DNA from: a phage
Length of the DNA: 47,035 bases
Reading direction: 5' to 3' (one strand)
Sequence record: PZ787841.1
In this document: in pieces, positions 44,855 through 47,035 of the stretch
Numbering within the stretch: the first letter of the stretch is position 1
How the letters are laid out: each line of letters opens with the position of its first letter
Translations under genes and position numbers: made by a program
Notes under the pieces: model-generated
The model's input: only the letters and a program-made list of their open reading frames with translations
The model's database searches: none
Told to the model about the DNA's origin: nothing

Positions 44855-45660
44855 TCAGCGGCTGCTGGACCACTCCGACACTCTGGCTACCACACTGATG
44901 CCCTTATGAACCACCGGGGCGACACCTCGAGTGCGACCGCCATCAATCACATGTTGATGCGTGCCGTCTTCCAGCTTCTCCCACACCCGTTTCTCATTCA
45001 TTGCCATCTTGTTGGCTACGGCCTTGGCGATATCGATCCCGGCTAGGTGTCCGATGTCGAGCAGCAGGATAGCCACATCAGCGAATTCCCCGGCGTCGAG
45101 GTATTTGCTGGTGTCCAGCTCGGTTAATTCCTTCTTCAGCTTCAGCACTGCTTCGCCGATGGTGCGCTCGGGGAACGTGCGGTCGGCCCAGCCGGAAATC
45201 AGCTGTTGGACTTCGGCGATTGTTCCGGTTGAGTATTGGCGAGTCGCTCGCGTCTGTCCATCTTGTAGCGCTTTCTCAGGCACTGGTTGCACACGTAGTC
45301 CGACTTCGCCAGACGGCTGGGGCTGAATGTCACGTCCGACTGCAGGCACACGCGGCACACGGGCGGTCCAGCGGCGGTCATCTTGGTCTGGTCGGTTTTC
45401 GGCAATCCATCGGATAAACATAAGTCCACTTGCGGCGTGCGCGGCGTGGTGGAGGTCGGTTTCATGGTAATCGTTGCTCTTCTCTAATTCCAGTATGCGA
45501 CGCTCACTCCATCCAGAAGGCGCTCGACTGTCAGCCCGCGCCAGTTTCATTTCCCGTATTTTGCCTCACCCGTCGCCAGTACCCGCGCCACCTCCTCGGT
45601 GAAGCGCGGGTCAATCAGGCTAACGGGGCTTTGTCGGCATCGAGTTTCGATTGCTTTCAT
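44855..45660 (-). CDS. mazZ: MazG-like nucleotide pyrophosphohydrolase, MazZ candidate; an N-terminal KYG..NW region and an internal CxxC...CxxC segment may belong to it
   Basis: C-terminal GEAVLKLKKELTEL...GEFADVAILLLDIGHLAGIDI...NKMAMNEKR (ORF 44855..45550); ATG at 45658-45660; zinc-ribbon segment in ORF 45199..45465 in another frame. Confidence 0.5.
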
Positions 45661-45673
45661 CGCCCCTGCTCCT

Positions 45674-46781
45674 TATTCCTGCTCGTGTTTCATGTCGGTG
45701 AAGATGTCGTTCACGGTCGCGCCGTAGCCGTAGTATGTAGCCAGCGGCATATTGCCCGGAATCCCGGCGACCATTGCGGCACGTTCGATGGTTCCCACCA
45801 CTCAGCCACTTCGTCCGGCGTCATGTAGTTGGAGAAGTTGAGGAATACTCATCCGGGCGAATCGACTTCGAGCGCCGCCAGCGTCTGCAGGTAGCCGAAG
45901 GTGAAGATGCGGCGCGGGAGCTTGGTCACGGTGGTCAGTTCCGCTTCCATTCCGAGGTCTTTCTTCCAGTCCAGTTCCTTCTGGTCTTCGTAGTACGGGC
46001 CGGACCAATTTGCTCACCTGCTCGTTGTTGTAGCGGTTGGCTACGCGGATTGGGTAGGTGCGCATCGTGGCGATCGTGGTCTCGACGAAGGCCAGCGGCA
46101 GGTTGACGTCGACACAGACCTGTGCCGGGGTGCACTCGCGGGAGGTCGCATACGGGTAGAAGCCGTTGTTGATGCCGAGGCTGAGTCCCTGCGCACCCTC
46201 CACCGAATGCGTTCCGCGTCGTAGACTACCGACATATACTCGGCGTTGTTGGCGGTGCTGGTGGAGATGCCCGCTTCACGGATTGGCTTGCTTGTAGATG
46301 TGCTCTTCCATGTAGTCGGCGTTTCCGCCTACCGTGTTGTTGTCGTCCGGGTTGCGCGATGGATTTGGAAATCATCGCAGCACCGCAGCCTTTCTTGGTA
46401 GACCCGATTTTGGTCATCGGGCCTGCTTCCTCTTCCACGTGCTTCTGCATGATAATAGCAGCGGAGGAGTGTAGCATGATGCGTTTGCCGCGCAGCAGGT
46501 CCACACAGGACAGGATTTCGTCGCGCAGCAGTTCGACGTTCATCTGGCTACCGGGGCCAATCGGCACGGTGGTTAGCTTCGGCGATACGATGCCGTTTGC
46601 CAGCATGCAGTGGACAAGCTTGCGGCCTTCTGCATCGATGAGGTGTGGCCTGCGTTGGCACTCCACGCGGTCATCACTACGTCCGGCTGGTCGCGCGGGG
46701 CGACGTAGCCCGCAATGAGACCCTTGCCAGTGCTGCCAACTGCGCGTCAACGATGATAGTGGCTTTTTGTGTTGCTTTCAT
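45674..46781 (-). CDS. purZ: Adenylosuccinate-synthetase homologue, PurZ candidate (N6-succino-2-amino-2'-deoxyadenylate synthase)
   Basis: ATG at 46779-46781; P-loop-like GSTGKG, ANAGHT (GHNAGHT-like), LVHCMLANGIVSP, FEGAQGLSLGINNGFYPYATS (ORF 45802..46203); stop TAA at 45674-45676. Confidence 0.7.
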
Positions 46782-47035
46782 TTTATTGCTCCTGTGCATT
46801 TGCACGTTGTTTTAAGTTTAGGGTTGTACTGCGGTACTGCGTGTTCTCGGAGTGGGATGTCGTCGTCGAAGTCCATCGGCGGTTCGCTGCTCTGGTTCGA
46901 CGGGTTGTTGCCCCATCCACCTTGCTGCTGGTTCTGCTGCGGCTGCTGGTTGGCACCCAGCTGGCGCGGACCCTGTGCACGGGCCTGTGTGTTCTGGCGG
47001 GTGTTGGCACCGGGGCCGTCTTTCGGTTCTACCGA
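46778..47035 (-). CDS. ssb: Single-stranded DNA-binding protein, C-terminal part only (gene starts beyond the window end)
   Basis: Gln/Gly/Pro-rich tail ending PPMDFDDDIP, characteristic of the bacterial-type SSB C-terminal tip. Confidence 0.6.
   Translation of the reverse strand, partial: SVEPKDGPGANTRQNTQARAQGPRQLGANQQPQQNQQQGGWGNNPSNQSSEPPMDFDDDIPLREHAVPQYNPKLKTTCKCTGAIK

Overview
This window reads as most of a tailed-phage genome (siphovirus-like, with a lambda-style tail module), and every gene I can support is on the minus strand. Read in the direction of transcription (47035 down to 1): a partial SSB gene, then a PurA-homologue / MazG-like / HD-hydrolase trio that matches the purZ-mazZ-datZ module for 2-aminoadenine (Z-base) DNA, a VRR-NUC nuclease, and a block of small early genes driven by repeated sigma70-type promoters. 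Then come terS, a lysis cassette, terL, portal, head, neck and tail genes, and finally a replication block (AEP-type primase, SNF2 helicase, UvrD-like helicase, family-A DNA polymerase). The Z-base module is the most notable content, but it is a known pathway rather than a new one. Structure not explained by genes includes a promoter family with CRP-type palindromes upstream and a duplicated iteron/palindrome element at 9.4 kb and 33.7 kb. Nearly every gene is broken by apparent frameshifts every few hundred bases, so all CDS coordinates are approximate (about +/-30 nt) and products are inferred by stitching adjacent reading frames. Nothing was searched against a database; all calls are from motifs read by eye.
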